Part shown: in pieces, positions 9,136 through 19,310 of the stretch
How positions within the stretch are numbered: position 1 is the stretch's first letter
How the letters are laid out: each line of letters opens with the position of its first letter
Source: an uncultured Alphaproteobacteria bacterium
GTDB lineage: Bacteria > Pseudomonadota > Alphaproteobacteria > Micavibrionales > CSBR16-224
Assembly: GCA_937941575.1 (NCBI GenBank)
Contig: CALDHH010000065.1
Location: forward strand, 1-46,974
Reading direction: 5' to 3'
DNA: 46,974 nt
The notes under the pieces: model-generated
Database searches by the model: none
What the model saw: only the letters and a program-made list of their open reading frames with translations
Told to the model about the DNA's origin: nothing
Position numbers and translations under genes: made by a program

Positions 9136-10671
9136 CTATATTATCTCTTTATTATCCATTCTTTTTAGAAATCTTTGACTATTATCTTTGATTGCCTCTA
9201 TCTTCTCTGCATCCATTCTTTCCAAGGATTTATATATTAAGGCAAGTCTATGATTTCCTCTTAACTTACCCTCATTTCTAATTAAAAAATCCCAATATAG
9301 GTAATTAAATGGACAAGCTTCTTGACCATTTTTCTTGGTAACTTTATAGCGGCATGACTTACAGTAATCTGACATTTTATTAATATATGCACCACTTGCT
9401 GCATATGGTTTAGAGCCTAAAAAACCACCATCGGCAAATAATATCATGCCTGTTACATTTGGTAATTCTACCCATTGATATGCATCGGCATAGACAATCA
9501 TAAACCATTCATTAACCTCATCTGGTGAGAGTCCTGATATCAGAGCAAAATTGCCCAAGACCATTAATCTTTGAATATGATGAGCATAAGAGTTTTCTTT
9601 TGTTTCTTTGACGCATTGTTTTAAACAATTCATCTGAGTTGCCCCACCCCAATATAAATCAGGTAAAGCCCTTGTTGCTTCTAAAAAATTATTCTGTTCA
9701 TATTCAGGCATTTTTAGCCAATAAATACCACGTATATATTCCCGCCATCCAATGATCTGCCTTATAAAACCTTCAACTGCATTTAATGGAGCTTTGCCAT
9801 TATTATAAGATTTCTCTGCCAATTTTATACATTCGAGCGGCTCTAATAATCCACAATTTATATAAAAACTAATATGGCTATGATACATCCAAGGCTCATT
9901 TTGAATCATAGCATCTTGGTAATCGCCAAATATCTCTAATCTTTCTGTTACAAATTTATTTAATGCATCTAATGCTTGTTCTCTAGTAACCGCAAAATAA
10001 AATGGAGCTAAATCACCAAAATGATTATCAAATCTTTTAGCAACCAATTCCATGACTTCGTTACTTATATCATCTGGTTCTGAAATATAAGTATCTGGGA
10101 TTACTAGGCCTTCTTTTGGTGGTTTACGGTTATTGCTATCATAATTCCATTTACCGCCCTCTGGCTTATCGCCATCCATTAGAATGTTATATTTCCTACG
10201 CATTTCACGGTAGAAATATTCCATCCGCAATTGCTTACGTCCATCCGTCCAATCTTTAAAATCTGCTTTTGTGCAAAGGAATCTCTCATCAAGCCTAATT
10301 TCTACTGGAATATTAAACCCATCTTGCCATGTTTCAATATCTGCCAAAACTCTATATTCAGATGGTTCAGTTACTATTATTTTATCTATATTCTTCAATT
10401 CAATAATTCTTTTAATCTCAGCTTTAAAAGATCCTTGATTATCTTCTGCATCTAACTTGCGGTAGACTACATTATACTTCTTTGCTTTTAACTCTTCATA
10501 AAAATGACGCATTGCAGAGAATATAAAAGCAATCTTCTTCTTATGATGCCTAACATATGTAGCCTCTTCCCAAACTTCACACATAAAAATTAAATCATTA
10601 TCTATATCCAAATCCGATAGGCTTGATATATTATGGCTTAGCTGGTCGCCAAGAATTAATCTTAAAATCAT
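9136..10671 (-). CDS. Cryptochrome/photolyase of the FeS-BCP class (bacterial (6-4) photolyase, Agrobacterium PhrB / Rhodobacter CryB-like)
   Basis: LILGDQL, HHKKKI, MEYFYREMRR, GFIRQIIGWREY, YAHHIQRLM, KPYAASGAYINKMSDYC. Fe-S cysteines in MNCL, CKSC and ACPF. Confidence 0.92.
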   Translation of the reverse strand: MILRLILGDQLSHNISSLSDLDIDNDLIFMCEVWEEATYVRHHKKKIAFIFSAMRHFYEELKAKKYNVVYRKLDAEDNQGSFKAEIKRIIELKNIDKIIVTEPSEYRVLADIETWQDGFNIPVEIRLDERFLCTKADFKDWTDGRKQLRMEYFYREMRRKYNILMDGDKPEGGKWNYDSNNRKPPKEGLVIPDTYISEPDDISNEVMELVAKRFDNHFGDLAPFYFAVTREQALDALNKFVTERLEIFGDYQDAMIQNEPWMYHSHISFYINCGLLEPLECIKLAEKSYNNGKAPLNAVEGFIRQIIGWREYIRGIYWLKMPEYEQNNFLEATRALPDLYWGGATQMNCLKQCVKETKENSYAHHIQRLMVLGNFALISGLSPDEVNEWFMIVYADAYQWVELPNVTGMILFADGGFLGSKPYAASGAYINKMSDYCKSCRYKVTKKNGQEACPFNYLYWDFLIRNEGKLRGNHRLALIYKSLERMDAEKIEAIKDNSQRFLKRMDNKEII

Positions 10672-10995
10672 GTTAAATTACTTTATTTAAAGGTTATAGA
10701 TATTTATAAGAAATAGACTAGTTTATTCTGCCTGTCTAAACTTATTTATCCAATAAAGCTTTGCGAATATTTTTCTTGCTAGCGCTTGAGCTAACATGTA
10801 ACCGATATCTTTGTTAAGTTAATTTTAAGAATGTTGTAATATTCAGTACAATCTATTTTTACCATATTCTACCTCCCTTCTTAATAAGTAAATAATTAGA
10901 TTTACAAAGAAAGTTACTTATCACTATAATGATCAAATAATTTTTAAATGGTTTTATCCATAGAAAACTCCTCATATTAAAAACAGGTTTAAGAA

Positions 10996-12213
10996 ATGTC
11001 CTTACTATCTCGTAGAGAATTTATAATTCTTATGGCCACATTGATGTCCCTAACCGCTTTATCTATTGATGCAGTTCTCCCAGCCTTTTCTTTTATAAGA
11101 GATGAGTTATCCATCCAATCTGAAAACCATGTCCAATTCGTTGTAAGCTTTCTTTTTGTTGGGTTAATGATCGGGCAATTAGTATTTGGTCCAGTAGCCG
11201 ATAGCTATGGCCGTAGGACAGGAATATTACTAGGGTTAATCATCTTCATAATAGGCAGTTTAATCAGTCTTTTAGCTAGTTCTTTTGCACTTATGCTATT
11301 TGGTCGCCTCTTACAAGGTTTTGGCTCTGCTGCTGCGCGCGTTATTTCCATCGCCATTATTCGTGATTTATATAGTGGTCGTGACATGGCGCAAATTATG
11401 TCTTTCATCATGACAGTATTTATATTTGTCCCAATGTTAGCCCCGGCAATCGGTGAGGCCATAATTACTATTTCTGACTGGAGAATGATTTTTGCCTTTT
11501 ATCTAAGTTATTCTATTCTATTAATTATATGGGTATATAGACGACTAGGTGAAACATTAGCCCCTGAAAAGAAACAAAAGCCGTCTGTTAAAAAGATTCT
11601 AGAAGATTTCTCATATGTTCTCAAAAACAAAATAACCATGGGCTATACTATTATCTCAGGTTTCATCTTTAGTAGCTTTCTTGGATATCTAACTTGCTCC
11701 CAACAGATCTTTCAAGAGTTTTTTAACACGGGGCAGATGTTCTCTGTCTATTTTGGTATTTCGGCTTTTTCAATTGGCTTGGCTTCACTAATTAATAGCC
11801 TCATTGTTAAGCGTTTTGGAATAAAACTAATTTGTACAATTGCATTAACAGGCGTGGTTTTAAGCTCTGCTTTATTCTTATGCATCTATGATCCAACATC
11901 CACTCAGAATTTTATTCCCTTCATGATTACAACATTTATTATCTTTTTCTGTTATGGCCTATTATTTGGAAATATGAATGCATTAGCAATGGAACCAATG
12001 GCAAATCAAGCAGGAACAGCATCGGCAGTAATTGGAAGCCTATCAACTGCAATTGCACTTATTATCGGGGGTGCTGTAATTGGTCAGTCTTTTAATATGA
12101 GCCTATGGCCATTAATGATGGGATTTCTATGCCTATCATTAATCTCACTAATATTGCATATATTTATACAAAGAAAAAAAGTACCTATTAGATTAAGCCC
12201 CTCAAATCCATAA
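10996..12213 (+). CDS. Bcr/CflA family multidrug efflux MFS transporter
   Basis: ALSIDAVLPA, motif A GPVADSYGRR, GRLLQG, IIRDLYSG, PMLAPAIG; about 12 TM segments. Confidence 0.9.
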   Translation: MSLLSRREFIILMATLMSLTALSIDAVLPAFSFIRDELSIQSENHVQFVVSFLFVGLMIGQLVFGPVADSYGRRTGILLGLIIFIIGSLISLLASSFALMLFGRLLQGFGSAAARVISIAIIRDLYSGRDMAQIMSFIMTVFIFVPMLAPAIGEAIITISDWRMIFAFYLSYSILLIIWVYRRLGETLAPEKKQKPSVKKILEDFSYVLKNKITMGYTIISGFIFSSFLGYLTCSQQIFQEFFNTGQMFSVYFGISAFSIGLASLINSLIVKRFGIKLICTIALTGVVLSSALFLCIYDPTSTQNFIPFMITTFIIFFCYGLLFGNMNALAMEPMANQAGTASAVIGSLSTAIALIIGGAVIGQSFNMSLWPLMMGFLCLSLISLILHIFIQRKKVPIRLSPSNP

Positions 12214-12303
12214 TGACATTCTTAACTTAATAAAAACTCTGTACAGAATTTTTGTTTTTAGCTAAGGTTATTTTGTAATAATAACAACTTATACTGGTGC
12301 ATA

Positions 12304-12729
12304 ATGGTTTATAGAATTGTATACATATCGAAAGCTACCCCAAGCCTTGATGATAAAGAATTAGATAAGATTTTAGCATCCTCCCGGAAAAACAACCCTA
12401 AACTAGATGTAACTGGATTAATGCTATTTTTTGAAGGTAGTTTCTTTCAAGTATTAGAAGGAGAGAAGTCTCAAGTTGAAAGCCTATATAGATATATAGA
12501 GTTAGATTCACGCCATATTACAGTTAAAAGATTACAAGAAGGCGAAGTTAGTGGGCGTTTATTCGGAGATTGGAGTATGGCTTACACCCCTATCTCTAAA
12601 CAAGATAAGCAAAAACTTATTGGTGATGGTGATTTTTTTAGTAAGTTCTCACCATCTAATAGTTTAGATGTAGACACCAAATCATTAACAACATTTATTG
12701 CGAAAATGGTTGAGAAAATGATACGCTAA
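12304..12729 (+). CDS. Stand-alone BLUF domain blue-light sensor
   Basis: IVYIS (Tyr), SRKNN, VTGLML, FFQVLEG (Gln), DSRH, RLFGDWSM (Trp/Met). Confidence 0.93.
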   Translation: MVYRIVYISKATPSLDDKELDKILASSRKNNPKLDVTGLMLFFEGSFFQVLEGEKSQVESLYRYIELDSRHITVKRLQEGEVSGRLFGDWSMAYTPISKQDKQKLIGDGDFFSKFSPSNSLDVDTKSLTTFIAKMVEKMIR

Positions 12730-12764
12730 AGCTAGCTTAATACAAGATTATTATTTAATACTAT

Positions 12765-13490
12765 TTATAATTTTATATTATAGCCATGAGATATTTCAGG
12801 CTGACATCCTTTAGCATTTAGATTTGTCTCTTTATCATTATCTTCCAAGAACCCAGATAAAATTGACTTATATAAGCTCACCTTATTTTGATTTCTATCC
12901 CCAATATCATAATCCCCCAGATTACCTTCTCTACAGTTTAGATAATAATCTGTAATTATTGTCGCTTGCTGTTCATGATTATAATCTGTTAGTTTTTTTC
13001 CTTCTTCTAAAACATAGCTATAGGCTGATGTTTCAGTAAATCTTGTTTGAAAACTATGCTTCATTGAACTTAACATTGATAAATCAATATTATTTTGATA
13101 CTGCCAAATATGGGCTATTTCATGTGTAAATATCTCTTTATAATAACTATTTGTAGCACTAAAATCTTCTATACCAATATATTTAGCATCCATTATCACC
13201 GTATTACCCATCGCCTGAGCCTCTGCACCACTAGTTAAGCGATAATATGAGGAAGCATTTTTGGATTTACTAATTCTAATTTTATCATAATCTAAACTAT
13301 CCTTAAATATGGATTTAAGCATCGATATTTCATTATCATTTAAAGCTCTTTTATCAATCAGCTCTGGTATAATATATTTCATAGAACTAAGACCAACAGA
13401 TACCAAGAAAGCAACCCGCAAAGATTTAGCCATCCAGTTTGCATCTCTGGATGTTAAAACATTAAATACTTTGCTTAGAGTTTTTTTCAA
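12765..13490 (-). CDS. Putative zinc metallopeptidase (HExxH; DUF4157-like) with N-terminal membrane anchor
   Basis: LNDNEISMLKSIFKDSLDYDKIRI, FTHEIAHIWQYQ and downstream NHEQQA. TTG start preceded by AGGAG. Confidence 0.7.
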   Translation of the reverse strand: MKKTLSKVFNVLTSRDANWMAKSLRVAFLVSVGLSSMKYIIPELIDKRALNDNEISMLKSIFKDSLDYDKIRISKSKNASSYYRLTSGAEAQAMGNTVIMDAKYIGIEDFSATNSYYKEIFTHEIAHIWQYQNNIDLSMLSSMKHSFQTRFTETSAYSYVLEEGKKLTDYNHEQQATIITDYYLNCREGNLGDYDIGDRNQNKVSLYKSILSGFLEDNDKETNLNAKGCQPEISHGYNIKL

Positions 13491-13556
13491 ATATCAATCT
13501 CCTAAAAAAACATAAAATAGCACAATATGTAAAAATAATCAACTATTATTTATGGA

Positions 13557-14942
13557 TCATATCTCTTTCTTAGTTTTTCTATAAAATGTTGATTTGGCCA
13601 TGCCTAATGATAATGCAGTTTGGGTTATATTATTATTGTGATTTAATAGGCTCAGCTTAATAACCTCTTCCTCTATCTGTTCCAATGTTTTTTGGTAGCC
13701 ATTTTCATTAAGAATAGAGATGTAATTCTTATTTTTCTCGACATCAATATTACTGATATTAACATTTGGTAACTCATAGAAGTCCTGAATATCTAAGATA
13801 TCATTATCAGATAGTACGATTGCTCTATGGATTGTATTTTCAATTTCACGGACATTACCTCCCCATTCCCATGTTTTCAGCATGTTAATGGCCTCATCTG
13901 AGATATCTTTTAGCTCTTGCCCTTCAATTACAGTAAATCTTTCAATGAAATGATAAATCAGCTCTGCTATATCTTGTCTTCTATCTCTAATTGGTGGGAT
14001 GTTAATTGGTAATACATTAAGTCTGAAATATAGATCATCCCTAAATCTACCTTCCATCACCTCGGTATCTAAATTTTTATTAGTAGCAGATATTATTCTT
14101 ATATTAACAGGAATTGAACTTTGACCACCAACTGATGTTATCTCTTTTTGCTGTAACACTCTTAATAACTTTACTTGAGTATCTAATGGTAACTCCCCCA
14201 CTTCATCAAGAAATATTGTGCCTCCTTCTGCTTCCCTGAATTTACCAATTGATTTGGCTATCGCACCAGTAAATGACCCTTTTTCATGGCCAAATAATAT
14301 ACTTTCCACTAAATTCTCTGGAATTGCGCCACAATTGACTGCAATAAATGGCTTACCAATTCGGTTACTTTCGCCGTGGATGGATTTTGCAAAAACCTCC
14401 TTACCAACACCGGTTTCTCCAGTTAGCAATACAGGTATATCCGCAGATGCAGCTTTCCTACCAACCCCAATTACCTTAGATAAGCCTCCTTCATGGCCTA
14501 TCATTTGTTTAAAGCTATATACTCCATCTTCCTGCTTTTTTAATCTATTAACTTCTTTTTCAAGTACACTTATTTTAAGAGCATTTTTGATTGAAACTTG
14601 TAGACGACCAGGTTCTGGTGGTTTATTTAAAAAATCACTAGCCCCCAATTGCATTGCTTGGACAACTACATTAATATCGGAACTACCCGTCAACATAATA
14701 ACTGGTAAATCAGGATATTGCTGTGACATGATCCCCAATACTTCCATACCGTCCATATCAGGCATATATATATCCAATATCACCAAACGAATTTCTTTAT
14801 TTTGATCTTGTTTTACAATATCTAAGCCAGTTTTTCCACCATCGGCTTCTACAATCTGATAACCAAGTTTATTCTCTAATAAACCCCTTATCATCTTTCT
14901 TTGCATTTTATCATCATCAATTAATAGAATTTTGATACTCAT
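13557..14942 (-). CDS. Sigma-54-dependent response regulator (REC-AAA+-HTH, NtrC family)
   Basis: REC (LLIDDD, ILDIYMPDMDG, FLNKP); GETGVGKE, NCGAIP, GSFTGA, FLDEVGE, FRDDLYFRLNV, WGGNVRE; Fis-type HTH. Start moved to ATG 14942, which follows GGAGG. Confidence 0.95.
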   Translation of the reverse strand: MSIKILLIDDDKMQRKMIRGLLENKLGYQIVEADGGKTGLDIVKQDQNKEIRLVILDIYMPDMDGMEVLGIMSQQYPDLPVIMLTGSSDINVVVQAMQLGASDFLNKPPEPGRLQVSIKNALKISVLEKEVNRLKKQEDGVYSFKQMIGHEGGLSKVIGVGRKAASADIPVLLTGETGVGKEVFAKSIHGESNRIGKPFIAVNCGAIPENLVESILFGHEKGSFTGAIAKSIGKFREAEGGTIFLDEVGELPLDTQVKLLRVLQQKEITSVGGQSSIPVNIRIISATNKNLDTEVMEGRFRDDLYFRLNVLPINIPPIRDRRQDIAELIYHFIERFTVIEGQELKDISDEAINMLKTWEWGGNVREIENTIHRAIVLSDNDILDIQDFYELPNVNISNIDVEKNKNYISILNENGYQKTLEQIEEEVIKLSLLNHNNNITQTALSLGMAKSTFYRKTKKEI

Positions 14943-15004
14943 ACATCCTCCAAACCTCGTGCATAAAGAATAGAAGACAAAGATTAACATTCCTAAAACA
15001 AACC

Positions 15005-15047
15005 GTATCAAAATGAGAAATCGACCATAATAATCTCATTTCGATAC
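15005..15047. promoter_or_regulatory. Inverted repeat, candidate enhancer (UAS) for the adjacent enhancer-binding protein
   Basis: GTATCAAAATGAGA (15005-15018), 15 nt, TCTCATTTCGATAC (15034-15047); 13 of 14 positions match. Centred about 100 nt upstream of the predicted sigma-54 TSS. Confidence 0.65.
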
Positions 15048-15100
15048 TATTTATGGATTACAACAAGCCTTAAACCTCTGAAAAGTATCATTTTCCATAT

Positions 15101-15116
15101 TGGCACGGTTATTGCT
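15101..15116 (+). promoter_or_regulatory. Sigma-54 (-24/-12) promoter
   Basis: TGGCAC-GGTTA-TTGCT matches the TGGCAC-N5-TTGCW consensus. Followed by a GGGAGG SD and ATG 15150. Confidence 0.88.
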
Positions 15117-15149
15117 AATGTTTATATAGCTATTACATAGGGAGGTATT

Positions 15150-16037
15150 ATGTTAGTTACATTAGAAAATGCAGAACAAGTGCTCATGGAGAAATCAGAA
15201 GAATGCCATAACATGGGTGGTGAATATAAATCTGTACATTTAGAAATGTCTAAACTAGAGCAACTATCAAATGGCTATGATTTAAATAATCTCTGTATTG
15301 CAATTAACAGCCTTATATTAGACAAAGATAGTAATGTGATAGTCTGCCAAGATAGCGATATATTTATCATTACAAAATTTATCAATCAAAACATGACGAA
15401 TAAATTAGAAGTAACTTTATCTGAATTAATGGATATCAGTAAGGATATTAGATTTGCAAAGCTTTACGAGATAAACCATGACTGGGATAGTTTGGTAGAA
15501 GTAATTAAAAGCAAATTGGCTCAAGCCGATGACACGGTTGCCGAGAAGAAACCAACCTTAAGTAGTGATGATATATTGCATCTTAATAATAAAATGAGAA
15601 TTTTAAATAAATCAGTTAGTAAGATATTGATTGAGCAATTAGAAACAAAAAGAAAAAATAGAAGCTCTATTGAAATATTATTAATTGAAGATGACCTATT
15701 TTCAACCACTCTTATTAAAAGAGCAATCCAAAAAGAATATAATGTATCAAGCGCGGAAGATGGTGAAAAAGGAATATTAAAATATTTTATAACCGCCGCA
15801 GATATAATGTTCTTGGATATTGAATTACCCGATATTAATGGGCATGAAATATTAGCCAAAATATTAAAACATGATCCAAATGCTTTTATTGTAATGCTAA
15901 GCGGGAATGGTAATAAAGAAAATATAATGAAAGCAATGAATAGCGGTGCTAAAGGGTTTATTGCCAAACCCTTTACCAAAGATAAACTTGACTTATACGT
16001 ACAGAAAGCCTTGAACCACTCAAAATTAAGGAGATAA
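15150..16037 (+). CDS. Response regulator: unknown N-terminal domain plus C-terminal receiver domain
   Basis: C-terminal ILLIEDD, MFLDIELPDING, VMLS, GFIAKPF. Confidence 0.85.
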   Translation: MLVTLENAEQVLMEKSEECHNMGGEYKSVHLEMSKLEQLSNGYDLNNLCIAINSLILDKDSNVIVCQDSDIFIITKFINQNMTNKLEVTLSELMDISKDIRFAKLYEINHDWDSLVEVIKSKLAQADDTVAEKKPTLSSDDILHLNNKMRILNKSVSKILIEQLETKRKNRSSIEILLIEDDLFSTTLIKRAIQKEYNVSSAEDGEKGILKYFITAADIMFLDIELPDINGHEILAKILKHDPNAFIVMLSGNGNKENIMKAMNSGAKGFIAKPFTKDKLDLYVQKALNHSKLRR

Positions 16038-16040
16038 TAA

Positions 16041-16880
16041 ATGGAATTTATAATCAGCGACATCGAAAAGAACTTATTTAATATAATTCAATCTATCAAA
16101 TCTGATCCAGCAAGCTGGGAAGATTGGAAATGTTTGCAGATAAAGATACCTGATCTATATAAAAACTCTGATAATATGGAGATAAGGCAGAATATAAAAG
16201 CTATAATTCATAGCCGTTTTTCAGAAAAAAAATGCAGTGTCTTCTTCCTAGGCTTAAAAGAAATATTTTTATTCTGTAAGCTACCAGAAGATCCCGATTT
16301 TACAGAGGTAACCAATAGTATTACTGACCTATTTAGTAAAAAAGATAAAAGCCTTATAGAGTTTAAAATAATAAATATTTCAGAAGAGCCTAATTTAATA
16401 GTGGATGAATATACTCTAGATGATTTTATGCTTTCACTGACATCAATCAGCTATGATGAAAGTTTTAAAAATAGCTTGGATCTAGTCGAAAATAACGAAA
16501 GGTCACATAATAAAGGATCAAATCCTAACCTAAAGAAAGTCCTGTTGGTTGAAGATGATGCATTATCTAGATGGATGGTTAGAAAATCTATTAAAGATGC
16601 TTGTGATCTAGTCACCGCACAGGATGCAAGACAAGCTATTTCTCTATACCAAAACTATAAACCAGATATGGTGATATTGGATATAAACTTACCTGATGGA
16701 TCAGGAAAAGAAGTTCTAAAAGATATGTTAGAGCAAGACCCAAAGGCTTATATAGTAATGTTTAGTAGCCAAGACACTGCATCAAATATCGCAGATACCA
16801 TGGATAAAGGAGCAAAAGGTTTTATTGCCAAACCATTTAAGAAAGAGCGATTATTTGAATATATAAATAATTGTGCTTAA
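16041..16880 (+). CDS. Response regulator: unknown N-terminal domain plus C-terminal receiver domain (paralog of the upstream gene)
   Basis: VLLVEDD, VILDINLPDGSG, VMFS, GAKGFIAKPF; same architecture as 15150-16037. Confidence 0.85.
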   Translation: MEFIISDIEKNLFNIIQSIKSDPASWEDWKCLQIKIPDLYKNSDNMEIRQNIKAIIHSRFSEKKCSVFFLGLKEIFLFCKLPEDPDFTEVTNSITDLFSKKDKSLIEFKIINISEEPNLIVDEYTLDDFMLSLTSISYDESFKNSLDLVENNERSHNKGSNPNLKKVLLVEDDALSRWMVRKSIKDACDLVTAQDARQAISLYQNYKPDMVILDINLPDGSGKEVLKDMLEQDPKAYIVMFSSQDTASNIADTMDKGAKGFIAKPFKKERLFEYINNCA

Positions 16881-16911
16881 GAAATAAATTTTTAATGAAA
16901 TCGGGTGAAAA

Positions 16912-18909
16912 ATGAGAATTAGTATCAAATACAAAATGATTATTGCTATGTTTTTCTGTACTGCAGTAATTATATTAGATTTAATATACATAGACCACTC
17001 ATTAAAAGAAGGTTTATCTTTCTTAAATAGTCAAAATAACTATATTCAAAGCATAGGAATAGATAGCAATCCACATTTAAACAAAATAAGCATAGATACC
17101 GAACATGCAATATTAAATGCCAATGATACTTTATCTTTAATTAATAAGATATTTTATATCGTTATAATCCTATTCATCATTACCATCTTATATTTGCTTA
17201 AAGCCATCATAATCCCACTTAGTACAGTTACTGAGAATCTTGTAAAAATATCACATGGTGATTTAGATGTAGATATCCCAGATAATATAAGAAATGATGA
17301 AATCGGTCAATTGGCTTTGGCATCTAAGATCTTTGTTGATAAGGCCCAGAAAGCCCTAAAACTTGATGAAGCCGAATTAGCAAATAAAGCAAAGTCAGAA
17401 TTTTTAGCTAACATGTCGCATGAATTAAGAACTCCAATGAATGGTATAATTGGTATGAGCAACATGATGAAAGAAACTAATCTTGATGATGAACAAGTAG
17501 AATTTACAAATGTTATCGATAACTCAGCCCGTAGCTTATTAGTTATCTTAAATGATATTTTAGATTTATCAAAAATAGAAGCTGGAGAATTAAGCATAGA
17601 GAATGACGTCTTTGACTTACATCTTTCTATATCAGAAGTATCAGAAGTATTTGTTCCATTAGCCAAAGAAAGAGAAATTGATTTAAACATAGAGGTTAAT
17701 AGCAACCTTCCTAAATTTGTCGAAGGAGATGTCGGGCGCTTTGAACAGATCCTAAGGAATCTATTGAGTAATTCTTTAAAATTTACTCATGAAGGTCACG
17801 TAACCATAAAAGCAGATTTTCTAGAAGATAATATTTCTATACAGGTGATTGATACAGGTATCGGTATACCAAAAGGTCAAATTGAACAAATATTTGGTAA
17901 ATTTAACCAAGCAGATAATGCCAGCACAAGGACATATGGTGGCACAGGATTAGGACTAGCAATTAGTCAAGAATTAAGCGAACTTATGGGAGGGAAGATA
18001 GGCGTTCATAGTGTAGAGAATGAAGGCTCTTGTTTCTGGTTTAAACTTCCCCTTGAGGTCAGAGATGATGTAAGCGAATTAGTGAATAAATTCGCCCCTC
18101 CCCTAATTGATTTAGAAGAAAAAGAAGTTGAGTTAAGATCTAAAAACGTAAAAATACTATTAGCAGAAGATCACCCAACCAATCAATTATTGATGAAACG
18201 ACTATTACAAAAGCTTGGTTTTAATGATGTTCTACTAGTCGAAAATGGTATCGATGCTCTAGAGCTATATAAAACCGGAGAATATGACCTAATCCTAATG
18301 GATTGCCAAATGCCCTTGATGGATGGTTATGAAGCCACTAGAGAGATTAGGATGATTGAGAAAGATTATGGCGGTCATATTCCTATCATAGCAATCACAG
18401 CCAATGCTATGCTTGGGGATAAAGAAAAATGTTTAAAACTTGGTATGGATGGATATGTTAGTAAGCCAGTAGATAAAGATAAATTGCATGCAGCAATTGT
18501 AAAGCAATTAAGAAAACCATCTAGCGGCACTAATCATATTGATACGCCTGATAGACCGATTGTGGTTTCAAATGCCGATGACCCCGTTGATTTAGAAAGA
18601 TTGGTTATATTCACCGATGGAGATTTAGAATTTGAGAAAGAATTATTTGCAATATTCTTCGAGCAATCTGAACTTAACCTAATAGCCTTACAAGATAGTA
18701 TTGACGATCCAAAGCAATGGAAGTCCCATGCTCATAAATTCAAAGGTTCTGCGGCAAATTTAGGTGCAATTGAGCTATCTGATTTATCTTACGAAGCAGA
18801 AAATGGATCAGAGCTAAGTTCCGAAGATAAAAGTTTTTTATTATTAGCTATGAATAAAAAATATCTTGAAGTAAAATCTTTCTTAGAAAAAAGAATAATA
18901 GAAGGATAA
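16912..18909 (+). CDS. Hybrid sensor histidine kinase (2 TM-HAMP-HisKA-HATPase-REC-Hpt)
   Basis: RNDEIGQL (HAMP), [59 protein letters not shown] (Hpt). Confidence 0.95.
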   Translation: MRISIKYKMIIAMFFCTAVIILDLIYIDHSLKEGLSFLNSQNNYIQSIGIDSNPHLNKISIDTEHAILNANDTLSLINKIFYIVIILFIITILYLLKAIIIPLSTVTENLVKISHGDLDVDIPDNIRNDEIGQLALASKIFVDKAQKALKLDEAELANKAKSEFLANMSHELRTPMNGIIGMSNMMKETNLDDEQVEFTNVIDNSARSLLVILNDILDLSKIEAGELSIENDVFDLHLSISEVSEVFVPLAKEREIDLNIEVNSNLPKFVEGDVGRFEQILRNLLSNSLKFTHEGHVTIKADFLEDNISIQVIDTGIGIPKGQIEQIFGKFNQADNASTRTYGGTGLGLAISQELSELMGGKIGVHSVENEGSCFWFKLPLEVRDDVSELVNKFAPPLIDLEEKEVELRSKNVKILLAEDHPTNQLLMKRLLQKLGFNDVLLVENGIDALELYKTGEYDLILMDCQMPLMDGYEATREIRMIEKDYGGHIPIIAITANAMLGDKEKCLKLGMDGYVSKPVDKDKLHAAIVKQLRKPSSGTNHIDTPDRPIVVSNADDPVDLERLVIFTDGDLEFEKELFAIFFEQSELNLIALQDSIDDPKQWKSHAHKFKGSAANLGAIELSDLSYEAENGSELSSEDKSFLLLAMNKKYLEVKSFLEKRIIEG

Positions 18910-18913
18910 AAAA

Positions 18914-19282
18914 ATGGAAAAGACCTTATATGAAAGAATTGGCGGAGAAGATGCTGTTAAAGCAACTGTGACCAAACTATATGGTAAGCTTTTAACCGAT
19001 AATCTTCTAAGCGATTATTTCGATCCTGAGCGAGTGGATATTTTAAAAACAAGCCAGATTGCATTTATAACAATGGCCTTTGGCGGTCCCCATAATTACA
19101 CTGGTCAAGACTTAAGAAAAGCCCACGCCCCTTACGTTGCTCAAGGAATGTCAGACATACATTTCAATGCAGTAGCAGAACATCTACAAGAATCCATGGA
19201 AGAGCTGAATGTAGATAAAGACTTAATACAAGAAGCCTTGGCTATTGTTGAGACCACTAGAAATGATGTTTTAAGTAAGTAA
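18914..19282 (+). CDS. glbN: Group I truncated hemoglobin
   Basis: TLYERIGG, B-helix LYGKL, AFGGPHNYTGQDLRKAH (proximal His), HFNAVAEHL. Confidence 0.9.
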   Translation: MEKTLYERIGGEDAVKATVTKLYGKLLTDNLLSDYFDPERVDILKTSQIAFITMAFGGPHNYTGQDLRKAHAPYVAQGMSDIHFNAVAEHLQESMEELNVDKDLIQEALAIVETTRNDVLSK

Positions 19283-19310
19283 GGTCATATCAAAGCTTCT
19301 CCTTTAAATA

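Noticed and set aside
14943-15011. N-terminal extension of the sigma-54 regulator in the supplied ORF track
   Set aside because: A GGAGG SD precedes ATG 14942, the receiver domain starts there, and the extension overlaps the enhancer-like repeat.
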